A DNA stretch of 64,000 nucleotides from Paraspadella gotoi (lineage: Eukaryota; Animalia; Chaetognatha). Made by a program: the position numbers and the translations under genes. The DNA is taken from positions 18,430,005 through 18,494,004 of the forward strand of contig CM119268.1 in NCBI GenBank assembly GCA_051294375.1. Direction: 5' to 3'. Shown here piece after piece: positions 15,020 through 29,099 of this stretch. Every line of letters begins with the position of its first letter. Within the stretch, counting starts at the first letter, position 1. The notes under the pieces are model-generated. The model worked only from the letters and a program-made list of their open reading frames with translations, was not told the DNA's origin and searched no databases.

Positions 15020-15980
15020 ATTATTATATTGGTTGTACCAATTTCATAAAATTCAGCTCCTTGCACTGTGTGCGGAGTTTTACATAGTTTTCCATAGTTT
15101 TACTCGATTTATTAATTAATGGAGTGATCATTTTATACTATTCAAACATAATTTAAAATATTATACAACTGCATTGATAGGGAGTTCTTGAAGTGAATAA
15201 ACAAGACTGAGAGATTCTTTATTATCTTGTAAGTGTGAGGGAGACCTAAACACTAATGCGTAGTAAAATTTCTAAATTTAACTTTAATTAAAATCTAAAA
15301 GTGAGGAATGAACATCATTATACTAATGAACATTTATGTAATAAAAAAATTTATAATAATTTTTCAATTTACACAGTAGGCCATATTTATACAGTACTAA
15401 ACCAATAGTGTTAAAATTTTAAAACAGTTTTTTCTAAGATATTTTTGCGAGATTTGGATTCGTCATAAAAAGTTGATAAAAAGAAATATAACTCTTTTTG
15501 AAAAAATTCCTTCATTATGTGGGTCAAAAATTGGGAAAAAAGCTATATTTTAAGCTGAAAATTAACTTTTTATATATTAAATAATAGTTTTTGTTAATTT
15601 TTAACCCCCTTAATGAAAAGAATTTTAAAAATGATTTATATTTTCTTTTATCAACTTTTGACGAGGAATTCAAATCTGCAATCAAAATTAAGAAAAGCCT
15701 TTTGAAATTTTTCGATTTTATAAGGATAGTACTGATATATACATATAGGCTACTGCGAAAATTAACAAACATAAAATTAATTTTTTTTACAAATTAATGT
15801 TCACTGATGGTATGTTGTTCATAATTGACTTTTAGAATTTTCATATGTAACTTTCACTACGCCTTACTAAACACACCATAGCCTGTCCAAAGTTAAGAGC
15901 AAGAAAGCTTATTTATTAAATAAATAATTATTCTATGAATAAATGATTATTCTATCGGTTGTACCAATTTCATGAAAAGT
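15020..15980 (+). repeat. Diverged members of a dispersed repeat family (core 'ggttgtaccaattt..ataaaattcagctc')
   Basis: 15030-15230 aligns by eye with 55380-55590 and 61320-61520; 15870-15970 ('gcctgtccaaagt...gcttatttattaaat') aligns with 61250-61335. The core motif also occurs at about 49845 and 50945. Confidence 0.7.
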
Positions 15981-16783
15981 CACTGAAAACATTTTTAAGC
16001 TTTTTTGGTCAGTTTCAGTTGAGCTGCGAATGACTTTGTGGTTTTCTTTAATTCATTCCTTTTTTCTTTGTTCGTTTTTTTATTTCTTTCTCTCTATCTT
16101 TATTTATTTCTTTCTCACATTTTTTCCCTTCTAATTGCTTCTATTTCAATCTCGGTGAATCGGAGGCAGAAAAAAAAAGAAGAAATAAAGGAAAGAAAAA
16201 AAGGAAGAGGAAAAGAAAAAAAAGGAAAAGGAAAAGAAAAAAAAGGAAAAGGAAAAGAAAAAAAGGAAAAGGAAAATAAAAAAAAAGAAAAAGTTTTGGC
16301 GTCAGCGAAAAAAGTCAAGATTCGGATGTTAAGATTAGATAAGAATCGGTTGGGGGAATTTCTCCTTTGCTCGTTCCAGGTATGAGAGAGAGAAGAGAAA
16401 GGAGGAGAGAGAGAGAATGCATCTTATATGATTTAGAACATTCTCTCGAAAGGAATCAAATTGAGAAGCAGCCTCGGTGAATGAAATCATTTCGCAAACC
16501 GGAAATTAATTTCTGTATTTTTTTAAAAAATATGATTTTTATGTTTTTTTGTACTTCTCACGAAAACATCACAGGAGCGACCAATCTCCAGCCTCACCTA
16601 ACTTAAAATTTCGGTTATTTGTTCGCTTTATTGTTTTCATTCACTCCAGAATTTTCTATTTTTGAGGTCATTTCAGATTGTCTTTTATTTTCCTTTGTTC
16701 CTAAGAAAGGATGTGGTCAGGTTTAACTCAGAAACCTTTTTTTACCGACTCTTAATTTCTTTTATCCCCCAATTACATTTTAT

Positions 16784-16863
<80 letters not shown>

Positions 16864-16966
16864 TCACTCACTCACTCACTTTTTGCCGCTTCGTAATTTT
16901 TATTTTTTCCATTCTCCTTTCTTTTAATTTTCAACGCAGCAATATTTCTCACCATTAAATTTCACC

Positions 16967-19555
16967 ATGAACACCATTCAAATGTCGTCTCTCAATCCGA
17001 TCGATGCCGTCACCCAAAGGAAACTCGTCGCCGTAGAAAATATTTTGTCTTCGACGAAAAATTCGACGGACGACGTGATTTTGGTGGTGGAGCCGGAAGT
17101 GGCGGCGGAGAGGCTCGTCAAGTGGCGCAGTTTGATGCCGAGAGTTCGGCCTTTTTACGCCGTGAAGGTAATTCGGATTTGAAATCCGTTTCCGAGTTTT
17201 AAAGAACAGGGGAAAATGACAAATTGACATGAGGTTAAAAAGTTATATTTTGTAGAAGACATTTGATGTTATATTTCATGGTGTCGTAGTTGCTGTTGAC
17301 GCTGTTATAATTATTAAGGTGGGTCCTGTTTGAATTCTATTATGGGTCCGTTCTTTTGTTGTGTATCAATTATTTTTTCGACGTTTCATTTGGTGACGTT
17401 GGCGTAAAGCGTTAAAAAAGTGTTTTTATGAATTGTCATTCTTTTTTTTAATAAGCCAACGAAATAAATGTGCCCCCCCACAGGCCAACAACGACCCTCA
17501 AATCATCAAGGCGCTCGTCCGGTGTGGTTCGGGATTCGATTGCGCCTCCAAGTGGGAGATCGAGCTCGTCCTGGAAATGGGCGCTCAAGCGAAGGACATC
17601 GTCTTTTCTCATCCGGCCAAATTGGAATCTCACATCACTTACGCAGCCGAAAAAGGTATCAATCAAAATTGAAAAGGATCGTCACAATGCGACTTCTATC
17701 ACTGTCACTAAATATAAATGACTATACCAACGTTAGGTGTGAATCTTATGGTGTTCGACTCTTTGGAAGAACTACGCAAGATGATCCGACTTCACCCCAA
17801 CTGTGAATCGATTCTGCGCATCACGGCCGACAATCGATTCACCAGCAAGAATTTCGACGCGAAATTCGGAGCGGAGAACAATGAGATTTTTAAGCTGCTG
17901 AGTGGTAGCAAGGAAATAGGTGAGAGAGAGAGAGAGAATTATTATAATAACATTTAAGTAAGTAGACAGTCTCTTCGGAAGCGTGGGTTCGAATCGCACG
18001 GCTGCCACCACATTTAAGTACAAGTAGACAGATTCCAACATGAAACCGAAAGTGGATTTAATTCTTATTAAGTCACAAGCAAAGATGGTGTCAGAATTTG
18101 AGACAGATGGATTCAATACAAAATGGTAAAGTATTTATACAATACAATCGGATCATCGACACGGGCTCGTTTTCCCGATGGCATGAAGCCCGTCTTCTCA
18201 TTGGTTGATTCTCGACGATGATTCATCCAATCGGAGAGTCCTTAGTAGATTTCATCCGAGTCACGGATCCGATTCCATTCTTGGTTCTGATTCCATCTGC
18301 GATGATAATATATGGATATTAGATATGATAATTGCAAAATTACTTGTTTCAATATCTCTAGTTTTTTTGATTTAATTGATTTTATTTATTTGTTATGATA
18401 TTTTTTGAGTTAGATATTTAAATCTAATATTATTTATCTATGTTTGGGATGGGAAGTTGGGAACGTTAGTGTTGTCCTCTGAAAATAAAGGGTGTGATAT
18501 TGATTCCCTGAGTCTCACCTCCGATGATGACAATCTTTTTTATTCTTGATTTAATTATAATTCGTTAGTTAAATTTGTTAAATGTAAAAAAACAACCCCC
18601 AAAACCATAGCCTTGCACTATCTCTTCCCACCCACAAAATTTAGGTGCCAACGTGGTGGGCGTTCACTTCCACATGGGCCTCGGCACCAACAATGAACTC
18701 GGCGTTCGCGACGCTCTGGACAAAGCCGCCTGGGTTTTCAAGATGGCGGCTTCCATGGGAATCGAAATGCGTCTGCTCGATATCGGGGGAGGATTTTCGG
18801 GTCTCGACGACGAAGACGCGAAGATCCCGATTTTCATCACAAAAATCAACGAAGGCTTGAAGGCGAATTTTCCTGACGCTTCGGTGAATGTAATCGCCGA
18901 ACCTGGGAGGTGAACACTGAACACTGAACGGCTGATAATCAGGGCTGTGAACGATTCCAATTATAAATATATTCAGTTATTTCTTGTATTAATTTCTTTT
19001 AAGATTATCTAATCAAATTTGTGGTAAAAGTCTAATGGATAGGTTGACGTTTTAACTTTTACCTTTTTATTATCTTAAAACTACGTGATAATATTGTTCA
19101 CGCTAACAATCACGATTACGCTTACAAAGACACAAAGAAACGTCCAAAAATTAACTAACCTCATATCCTTTCCTTCCGCCAGGTTTATCGCCAGTCGAAC
19201 TTCGGGCATCTTGTTAAAAGTCGTCAACAAAAGACTAAAGCTCATTAACTCCTCTATCGTCGCCAATTATTACTTCAACGACGGAATCTTCGGCAATCTT
19301 CTTTACCTTCAATACTTCCCTCACAGCAACGTCGTCTTCTTCACCAAATCGCCCGTCGACTTTAATGCGAAAATCCCTTCCGTCTTGTGGGGCGTCTCTA
19401 TGGCCGACTTCGACCGCTTCGGCGAGGGCGTTCTGTGGCCGGAGCTCCAAGTGGGAGACAGAGTCTTCTTCGACGACACTGGAGCCTACGGGCATTCCGT
19501 CTGCAGCAGATTCAACGGTTTTGGGAAAGAAGTTACGAAATTCGTTTACCTTTGA
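16967..19555 (+). CDS. Ornithine decarboxylase / antizyme-inhibitor family protein (fold-type III PLP), 5 exons, 397 aa
   Basis: Exons 16967-17167, 17484-17655, 17737-17919, 18645-18909, 19183-19555, all GT-AG and in phase (1194 nt). Motifs: PFYAVKANND (PLP Lys), GFDCAS, VFDSLEEL, ILRI, AKFGA, GVHFHMG, LDIGGGF, IAEPGRF, YYFNDG, GAY..SRFNGF. Confidence 0.93.
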
Positions 19556-21790
19556 GTCTTTGGCGATTCGGGTTTTACAGATACGGACAGCTTTAATTGA
19601 ATTAGGTTTTAAATAGAAAATAATTGCTTTTATATCGTTTGTAATTTTCAATTCGAAAGTGAGAGTATATAAATTAGAGACAGACAGACGGATACAGTCT
19701 CAAAGAAAGAAGGAAAAAAGAGTGACCATAAAGAGTGATGGGAGAAGCAGAGATAAAAAGGAAAGGAAAGAGTCAGTTATAGACTAGAGCCGTTTAAGTA
19801 GAAACGCCTTCTTTCTTTCTCTGGCAATTTCCCTCTCGACTTCCCCCTTTTTTTATTGTGGACGCCGTAATTCTTTTTATGATCGAGGGAACTTTGAAGC
19901 AAAATATGAGTTCTGTTTAATTAAAACGATTGTCTTCTCAAAGTACTCTTTTTTTTACGAGTTAATTTATTTATAATATTAAAAGAAATTAAGTAGCATG
20001 ACACGTTTGTGCAATATCTTTACTTTTTTCACAACCTTCTTGTTTTCCTATTCTTTTTCTTTGTACCATATATTCTTAATTTTTTTCATCCCCTTTTCTT
20101 CCTTTCTTTCCGTCCTCTATCTGTTTTCCTATTATTCTTCCCTTTTACCTTGCTTTTCTTCTCTTCGTCTCCTCTCTCCTCTTTTAATTCTTTTCTTTCC
20201 TCCCTCTTTCTTTCTTCCATCACCACAAAACGAGTCGATAAAAAAAAATAATAAAATCTGTCGTTTTAACTCCAACCCGTTTTTTCTCCTCTTAATCCAA
20301 CACGAAACGCTTTTCTTACGAGTTACGACGATTCACATCTCTGCATTCGACTCTCTGTCTCGACCACTGTTTTTTTCTTTTTTTTTACTTTTTTCTTTTT
20401 TTCTTTCTTTCTTTGTCTCCTGTCTTCTTGTACAACAAGATGTACGTAACTACTATATGATATTATAATAGACCATATGATAATAATTCTAACGTGTAAG
20501 AAAGTTTTTTCTCTTTTGTATTATTGGATAATGTACGTATTTCTTTTACCTGGCGCAAAAGAGCAACAGCCGCTCTCACTGCGAAGCTGCGGAGACAAGA
20601 AAAATTAACTGTAACTTCCCTTCGAACTTGTTTTGAATTTTAAAGCGACTTCCGCTTCTCACGCACCAAAACAAATTTTTAATTTTTTTTAAATTTTTTT
20701 TACATTTTAAACGTCAAGATTTTTACCTTTTGCTTTTTTTGGTATTTTTGTTTTTGTTTTTGTTTTTTGTTTTTTTTGCTCATTTGTCTTTCGAAATATG
20801 GCGTCAAGAAAATTGTTTCGCCGTTAGCAAAAAGTGAAGACGTGCTATTCTGTGATACTCTCTCTCTCTCTTTCTCACACACAAAATGGTGAACGTCGCC
20901 GTCGGAATGACCGAAAACAAGTCTCATCATTATTTCCTTTCTTCCAACTTCGCTTTTAATAACTCAAACTAATAGGAATATTGGAAACGACAAGAACCTT
21001 GATATGGAAACCTGCGTCCCTTCCGATATTGTAACGGTTTTCCGATACACCACCTGTTATGACTTTTTTTTCTTATAGACTGAGAAAGATAAAGTTTAGT
21101 TTAAAAATCATTTTGCATTTTATAAGTATTAGTATTACAATATAAGCAATTGATAAATTTCGGTTTCTGGGCGATTAACGATAAGATTACTGGATGGATG
21201 GACGCGTATAGTGAAGTAAGGCCCTGTGATCTCTAAGTTGGCGTCTACCTCCGCCCAGGAGTGACGGGGCGGCGGCGACGGCGGCGGCTGCTGCGGCGGC
21301 TGCTTCGAAAGCGGCGAGGGCGACAACGCCGTCGGTGGCTCCATACATCATTGTCACCAATATCTCCCGTTTTTTCTTCGTGGTGAAGGCAGAAAAGAGA
21401 GAGAGAAGGGAAGGGAGGGAGTGAGAGAGAGAGAGTAATTCAAGTCATGCGTCGCGGGAGAGGCCTCAACTCGCGTATCTTCTGTCCCGCTAGGGGACGA
21501 GTGGGAATTGCGAAGGTAGGATAAAGGATGTGGTTGATTTAAACGGGAAACGGTCAACCTTGAAGAATGTGGTCCTGTGGTGTTTTGAGTTGGTACATAG
21601 AGAGAATCAGTATTGAGAAAAAAAAGTTATTTTTTGGTGGCGGTAAATAAGGGTAGGTGGGACACAGAACGAGGCTGTCGTGGTGGAGAGAAGAAATGCG
21701 AATCCAGTTTTACCAAAAAAAGTGGGAAACTAGACGAAACTACGGACTTGTCGATGGCAGCTTGAAGGGAGATTTAAAGAGAGGGAGGCT

Positions 21791-21826
<36 letters not shown>

Positions 21827-22415
21827 AGTATGCGTCGTGACCCTTCGACTCCTTTCACCGAACTTCGGGGAGAAAATTAAGGGAGCGAATCTCTTTTATG
21901 CTTATTTATTATATTTATTGAAAGGGAGAAAAATCGAGGGACAGAGTGGTTTTGGAAAAGAGCATCAGAATAGGATTTGCAAGGATAAAAAAAAGAATAA
22001 ACGAATTTTAAATCTATATTTTGCGGTAAAATGTTAGCGAAGTTTATGATTTTCATTGTCAGAGAAAATGAAGCTATGTGGATGATCTCAGTCAAGTTTG
22101 ATCGAGATGTCGTGAGATACATACGTATACGCGTTCCTAAAAGAGCTAGACAATCTTGAGACTAATCAAAACTAATATTAAATAATACATATCGACGTTA
22201 AAAATCTCTTTAAAATGAAATGGCTGGTTCCTCTTAGTCATTAAACTTCATATCAGAGGAACCAATCGTTTGATTTTTTCATCTCTTCAATTTAAATTTT
22301 TCATTTCCTTTTAACGATTTAACAGTCAAGCGAATTAAGAATCACCATAGAGGAGGAATTTATGGTTCGATTCTCTCTCTCTCTCTCTCTNNNNNNNNNN
22401 NNNNNNNNNNNNNNN

Positions 22416-23168
22416 TCTTCCCTTTTCCAAACCCCGGTCCATTTGCTTGTCGCGAGGGGTTTGTCCTCGAAGAAAAAGGGACGAAACCCCGATTCAATCG
22501 GTCTTCCGGAACAAAGCGGCGGCGGCCCGCGGCGGCCCCGCGGCTACCGGCGGCGGCTGGTGGCGGCGGCGGCTGTGGCGGCGGCGGCGGCTGCGACGGC
22601 GGCAAATAAGACAGTAGCACTGGCCGGCAAGGACGGCGACGGCGGCAAGCTGTTGGCGTTTATAAGATTAAGCTTCGAGATACTGGCTGTTGGGTTGGCG
22701 GCGTGGATGTGGCGGTGGATGTGTGGATGTGTTGGCCATTTGTATTTTAGGCATTGGCGCTTGACGCTTTAAATCGGCGTCAGGGTGAGCGCCATCTTCA
22801 GCTTTGAAGCGAGACCTTTCTCTCCAAAAGAATAAAATGGGTGGGACCAATCTTGTTTGCACCGTCTTCTTAACGGGACCTTTCACTCCAATAGTTGAAA
22901 CCCAACTCCTCCCACAACACCCCCACTCGCTTCGGAATTCTCTCTTTTTAACAAAAAAAAATCCCACAAAATTCTGCTAGTCGATGACCCGCGTCACAAT
23001 TCTCCCTTTTTGATGTGAATAAATCGAGTCGAGTTCGACTTCACCGAAAACCAAAGACAACTGGAAAAGAACATCAGTGATCGAAGATCGACTTTCTTTT
23101 TTTCTTCTTTTTATTCGATACCTTAATAAGAATTCCGGTCCAGATTTTTATTACAGATGGCGCGCGGA

Positions 23169-23206
<38 letters not shown>

Positions 23207-24585
23207 AGCTTTGACGTTTCGCCACCTCCACATTTGACCCTGTGAGTGTTACCGCCATGCCACCTCCGTTGACACTTTATATGCCACCTCCAAGTCACCT
23301 TCTGGCTCGTGCCACCTTTGGATTGAATCGGCCATTCCAATTCATACGCTACGGCCACTTCTTTGTTCATCTTCCATGGCAACTTCACGCCACCATAAAC
23401 GTCACAACCATACCCACCCTTTTAACCACCTTCCAGAGCCACCGCCTTCCCGGGCGAAAATGAAAGTCAATCGAAGCAGAAAACAAGTTTCGGACGCCAT
23501 GAGCGATGCCTGTTGTGCGGCGTCGTCGTCGTCGACTGTTGTTGTTGTTTGTTGTTGTTGTTGTTTTTGTTGTTGTTGTTGCGCATGAAGGCCCGCGTGA
23601 GCTTTTTGTGCCGTGAAAGGACTTCGGCCGAATCTTCTCTTTATTTTAAATTGGTTCGACTTTTTTTCCTCTTTTTGTGGGGAGTTTTTTTGCGATTCAC
23701 GGCACCCCTATTTTCTTAGCAGGGGCGTTGGAGATTAGGTATTTAGAAGAATTAGGATTTTAGAGAATTAGAATTTAGAATCCTTAATGCGATCAATTTT
23801 ATAATGTTTTACGTTACTAATTCGTTTATATTTTAAGAATTTTCACGAAAAAAACGGAGGGAAGAAAAAGAAATGCAGAAAGATTGTTTTTTGAAAAAAA
23901 AATCTTACTTACTCGTCCGTCGCCATCATCTTCGTCGCCAATCGTCGTCGTCGCCGCCGTCTTGTCGCCGTCCTTCCGCGAAATTAAAAAAGGCCACGAG
24001 GTCGCGACGATGGGCGACCGAAAGGGCCCACACACCATGTGAGAGAGATCGTGGGTGAGGAGATGTGGATGAATCCGAGTTTCTGTTGATTGCTGGGAGT
24101 GAATTCGGAGGAAAGTAAGTTCATTGGGTTGAGGTCGCCTCGTCGCGGAACCTCGTGGCCTTTTAATTTCGCGGAAGGACATCGGCGACAAGACGGCGGC
24201 GGACGCGACGACGTCCGGATCCACGATGACAAAGAGGACGACGATGATGGCGAGACTTGAACGCGAGTAAGTAAGATTTTTTTTTCAAAAACAATCGTTT
24301 TCTGCATTTCTTTTTTCTTCTCCGTTTTTTTCGTGAAATTCTTAAAATATTATAAACGAATTAGTACGTTAAAAACATATTATTAAAAATTGGATACGCA
24401 TTAGGATTCTATTTCTAAATCTCTAATCCTTAATTCTCTATCCTCTTCAACCCCCCTGCTTAAAAAATAGGGAGGTGCGTGAATCGAAAAAAAAAAGAGG
24501 AAAAAGTCGAACCAATTTTAAAATATGAGAGATTCGGCGAAGTCTTTCACGGCCACAAAGTCACGCGGCTCATGTGCGAAACAAC

Positions 24586-24643
<58 letters not shown>

Positions 24644-25745
24644 AACAGTCGACGACGACGACGCCACAAACAGCATCGCTTCAATGGCGTCCGAAACTTG
24701 TTTCTGCTTCGATTGACTTTTACCATTTTCGCCCGGAAGGCGGTGGCTGGAAGGTGGTTAAACAGGTGGTATGGTTGTGACTTAGGTGCGTGGAAGTTGC
24801 CATGGAGATGGCAAAGAGGTGGCGTTAGCGTAGAATTGGAAATGGCGATTCAATGCCAAAAGGTGGCACGAGGGCCAGAGGTGACTTGAGGTGGCATAAA
24901 AGTGTCCGGAGGTGGCATGGCGGTAAACACTCACAGGTTGAATGTTGAGGTGGCCGAAGCGTCAAAGGCTTCGTGTCGTCCGTCGTCGTTCGTCCGCGTC
25001 CGTCGTCTCCGCGCCGGCTTATCTGTAATAAAAATCTGGACGAATTCTTATTAGAGGTTATCGGAATAAAAAGAGAAAAAGAAAGTCGATCTTCGATCAC
25101 TGGATGTCTTTCCAGTTTCTTGTTTCGGTGAAAAGTCGAACTCGACTCGATTTTTTCACATCAAAGGGAAGAATTTGTGACGCGCGGTCATCGGACCGCG
25201 CAGATTTTTGTGGATTTTTTTTTTTTAAAAAGGGAATTCCGAAGCGAGTGTGTTTGGGAGGGAGTTGGGTTTAACTTTGGGAGTGAAAGGTTCCGTTTAA
25301 GAGACGTGCAAACAAGAATTGTCCACCCATTTTATTCTTGGAGAGAAGGGTTCGTTCAAAGCTGTGAAAGATGGCGCTCACCCTGACGCCGATTAAAGCG
25401 TCAAAGCGCCAATTGCCCAATAAAGGCCAACACATCCACACATCACCCCACATCTCACCGCCGCCAACCCAACCAGCCAGTATCTCGAGCTAATCTTAAC
25501 CGCCACAGCTTGCGCCGTCGCCGTCTTGGCCGGCAAGGTGCCTATGTCTTATTTTGCCGCGTCGCACGCGCCGCCGCCGCCGCCGCCGGCCACAAGCCGC
25601 CGCCTGCACGCGCGCGGCCGGCGTGCCGCCGCCTCTTTGTTTCCGAGGAAGACCGTTGATATTCGGGGTTCGTCCTTTTTCTTCGAGGACAAACCCTCGC
25701 GCCAGAAGCCAAATTGGACCGGGGTTTGGAAAAGGAAGAGCAGGG
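22416..25745. repeat. Giant inverted repeat 2 (arms about 1.6 kb, loop about 24010-24140); 22416-24135 is also a direct copy of about 40553-42237
   Basis: (GGC)n block, 'gccacct' repeats and the (GTT)n/(CAA)n tract recur in mirror order; 'aaattaaaaaaggccacgaggtcgcgacg' (about 23980) pairs with 'cgtcgcggaacctcgtggccttttaatttc' (24141). Begins right after an N-gap. Confidence 0.92.
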
Positions 25746-28700
25746 GGGGAAGGATAAGGAAAGGGGAGGCAAACTAGTAAACCAGAAGTTAATGGGAAAT
25801 CAGGGTAAAGTCAGGGAAAATGAAAAAAATATATTAGGAAAGGAAATAAAAAAAGGAATGTATAGGAAGATATGAAATAGGGATTCGGGATGTGGAAAAC
25901 GAATAAGTGACATAACCTAAAGAAGAAAAAAAAAGAAAGAAAGAAGAGAATCAATGAAGGCAGGAAAATTGGAGATAAAAATAAGGTGGAAGAGTTCACG
26001 GAATATATGAAGGAAAGATATAAAAGGAATGAAGAAAAATTAAACCCTCGGGATAAAAAGTTAAAAAAGAAAAAGAAGAAATATAAAGAAAATGTTTAAA
26101 CTCCTCGGACGGTAAAATGTCTAGAAAAAGAGAAAAATAAAGGAGAAGGAGACAAAAGAAAGAAAAAGGGGAAAAGAGAGGAAAATAAAAGAAGAAGGAA
26201 GAAAATGAGGGCAAAGGAAAAAGATCTAAAAAGATGAATTCCTATCGACCACGAAACGGAATTGCGATTCTCGGATTCGGAAATTCGTGGGAAAATTCGG
26301 AAAATCGAGTGACGGGGAAAGAGGCGCAGGTTGGTGAGGGTCTAGAAGGCTGGAAGAAGCTGGGATTAAAATTCACCAGGCGGGATACGCGGGATACGCC
26401 AGAGATAGCCGGGGGATTAGGATGAAGTAGAGCTTGAGTGGGGGATTCCGATCGTAGTTGAAAGAAAAAAGAGAAAGAAATGTATCGTCTCGTCAATCGG
26501 GATTTGGATTGGCAAACTCATCTTGGCCGTCTTTGACGGCGCATTGGGAAATGGTATTTTCTTTTTCCCTCGTTTAATATTTAAAATTTACGGGGTTTTA
26601 GCCCGCCATTAATGAATTTAGTTTAATTTAATTTTCTTTTGGATGTGAATAAACTTAGAAGTGCTGGCTGTGAGAGCGCATTAAAACTAAAAGTATACCA
26701 AAGCAGTCGGTGTGTTGCCAGAGAGTGGCAATTATGACCAGTGCCGAGGAAGGACCTTGGAAGGGTGAGTCTGGGAAATTTTTTTCCGTCGGAGTTCGTA
26801 ACAAACTGGCCAGACAATAAATTTGTTCTCTCGAAACTAATGTGACTTTTTTGCGGAACGAAATTTTTCTTCACCAGAAAAGATTTGCGCAGATGGTATT
26901 TATTCGCCAAATGGCAGTTATTCACAACTTTTTATCGAAAAATGGTCTGTCAGCGCGGGGATGCAAGGTTTGGCCTTTTCTCAACGTTCGGCATCTCCGC
27001 TAACCTAAAAACTTGGCATTTTAAGCTTTCTTTTTGACAAAGAGTCCTTTGTTCGGATCCTATTTTTTCTTTTCTTTTCTCTCCACTCTTTATACTTTTT
27101 TTCTTCTTATTTTATTATTTTTTTTTTTAATCTTATTTCTACCATATTTCTGCATCCTCAAACAGATTTAAGATCTACATCCAGCTGCCTTCATAGGCGG
27201 CCAGAAAGACCGCTTGAGCGCAGCGGTCCGATTGAATATAAAAACTTTTAATAATGGACGCAAAAGAATGCTTAAAAAGCTCATAGTAATAAGTTTGTAC
27301 AATTTTTTTTTTATGAATAAATTCTCACATAAATGTCTGAGGACAAAAAAATGTATCGCGAAGATGTCCGTCCCAAGTTCATTTGTCTTTTTTATTTCTA
27401 TATAAATTTTCCCTCATCGTCCTTTTTTGCTCTGTCTCTCTATCTCTAACTCTCTTCCTAACCTTTCCCCAGTCTCCTCCATCTCTTCTTCTTCCCTCTC
27501 CTTCCCTCTTCCTACACCTTCGCACTCCCTATTGTAACGCCTCCGTTCGCTTTTGGACTCAACGATACAGGCGAAATCAGGAGCAACTTCTTCCGCAGTT
27601 TCGGTACGGGCGGTTTGATTAATCAAACCATGACGTTCTCGCTCTCTTCAAAACGGGGGGAGCTGGAGAGAGAGAGATGGATGAGAGAGAGAGAGAGACG
27701 AGAGAGAGGAGAGAGGAGAGAGAGAGAAGATGAGAGGAGAAAGAGTGGAGAGAGAGAGAAGATTTTTACTTTTATGATTACAAACATACTAATTTGAAAC
27801 GTTAATAAGAATTAATTAATTAGTAAGACAAAATAAAAAAAAAAATTGGTACAAAAGGCCCAAAAAAGATAAAAATAACCGCTTGAAGATGCCACAAGAT
27901 TTAAGAAAGGTTGCCTTCTACTAAAAAGGTTTTAGACCCTGGAGACACTTGAACCCAGAAAGCGGCACGAGGAAGTACTGGAGACGCGGTGACGAGGATT
28001 TATGGCGTCTGGAAAGTTTAGACAGGAGAAGAGAGAGAGAGAGATGAGAGAGAGCGAGAGAGAGAGGAGAGAGAGAGAGAGACGGGAAAGGAGATGATAA
28101 GAGGCAAAGAGGCAAAGTATGAAATATTGAACAGTTAATAAAGTGTTATGAATTAGTGACAGAACCGTTCAATATGAGCAGCTCCCGGGCATCGGATTCA
28201 GACTGTAAACACCGTGTTTTAACAGGCGGGTTGAGCGCCCCCGTCTCTTGTGCTAACACCAAGTATCCGTACGTTGTGGGACGATGACTCTGGCAGCAGG
28301 GATAGTTTGTCGATTTTTAGTCACCATATATGAGTTAAGAAACTATATGGTCAAGAAGAATTGGAATCAAGAGGGAAATGGGCAGGAAGTAGAAAGAGGG
28401 GAAAAATGTTTAATTGTCCTTGGAGAATACCGAACTAGGAAATGAAACGTGGGAAGAAATTGGAGGGGAAATCATTATATGAACTGAAAAAAAATTCCCG
28501 TAGAGTAAAAGACAGAACATGCAATACATAATCAAATAAGCAATGTCAGTTTCAAAAACCTAACATGCGCCGTTGAACAGCAATCGAAAAACGGAACTGA
28601 AAAAGTCTGAAGGCACGTTTTTTTCCAGTTTTTAGACGCTGAGATATGGCGGGTCTGGGAAGGGGTGAGGGGAGTAAACTTAGCGAAAGGGGGCTCCCTT

Positions 28701-29030
28701 CTTATAAAAATATGGCTGAAAAATCTGGGGGCAGGATTTTTGACGAGCCGTTGATTATGACCTGGAAGGCCGACGAGGGATTGTCCGCCGAATTCTTTCG
28801 CTCCGCCTGATTTGAGGAAGGGAGCGGGATAAAGGGCGAAGGATAGAAGAGGTAAGGTTTGGGGGAAAGGTTGGGGGTTTGAGGTAGGGCAAGTAGCGAG
28901 AAGAAAAAATATGACGAATTACGGGGCAATCAGCGAAAGGAGGATATTTAAAAAAAAATAGAGAAGTGGAGCGGCGAACGCGAAAGAAGAATGAATGGTT
29001 TAAAAATCGCAAGAAGAGCTTGAAAAACAA

Positions 29031-29099
<69 letters not shown>

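Noticed and set aside
20290-21344. Possible small minus-strand gene (MEPPTALSPSP..., 37-nt AG/GT-bounded exon FAVRAAVALLRQ near 20550-20586)
   Set aside because: Exon-like pieces exist but could not be joined in phase without stops; left unresolved.
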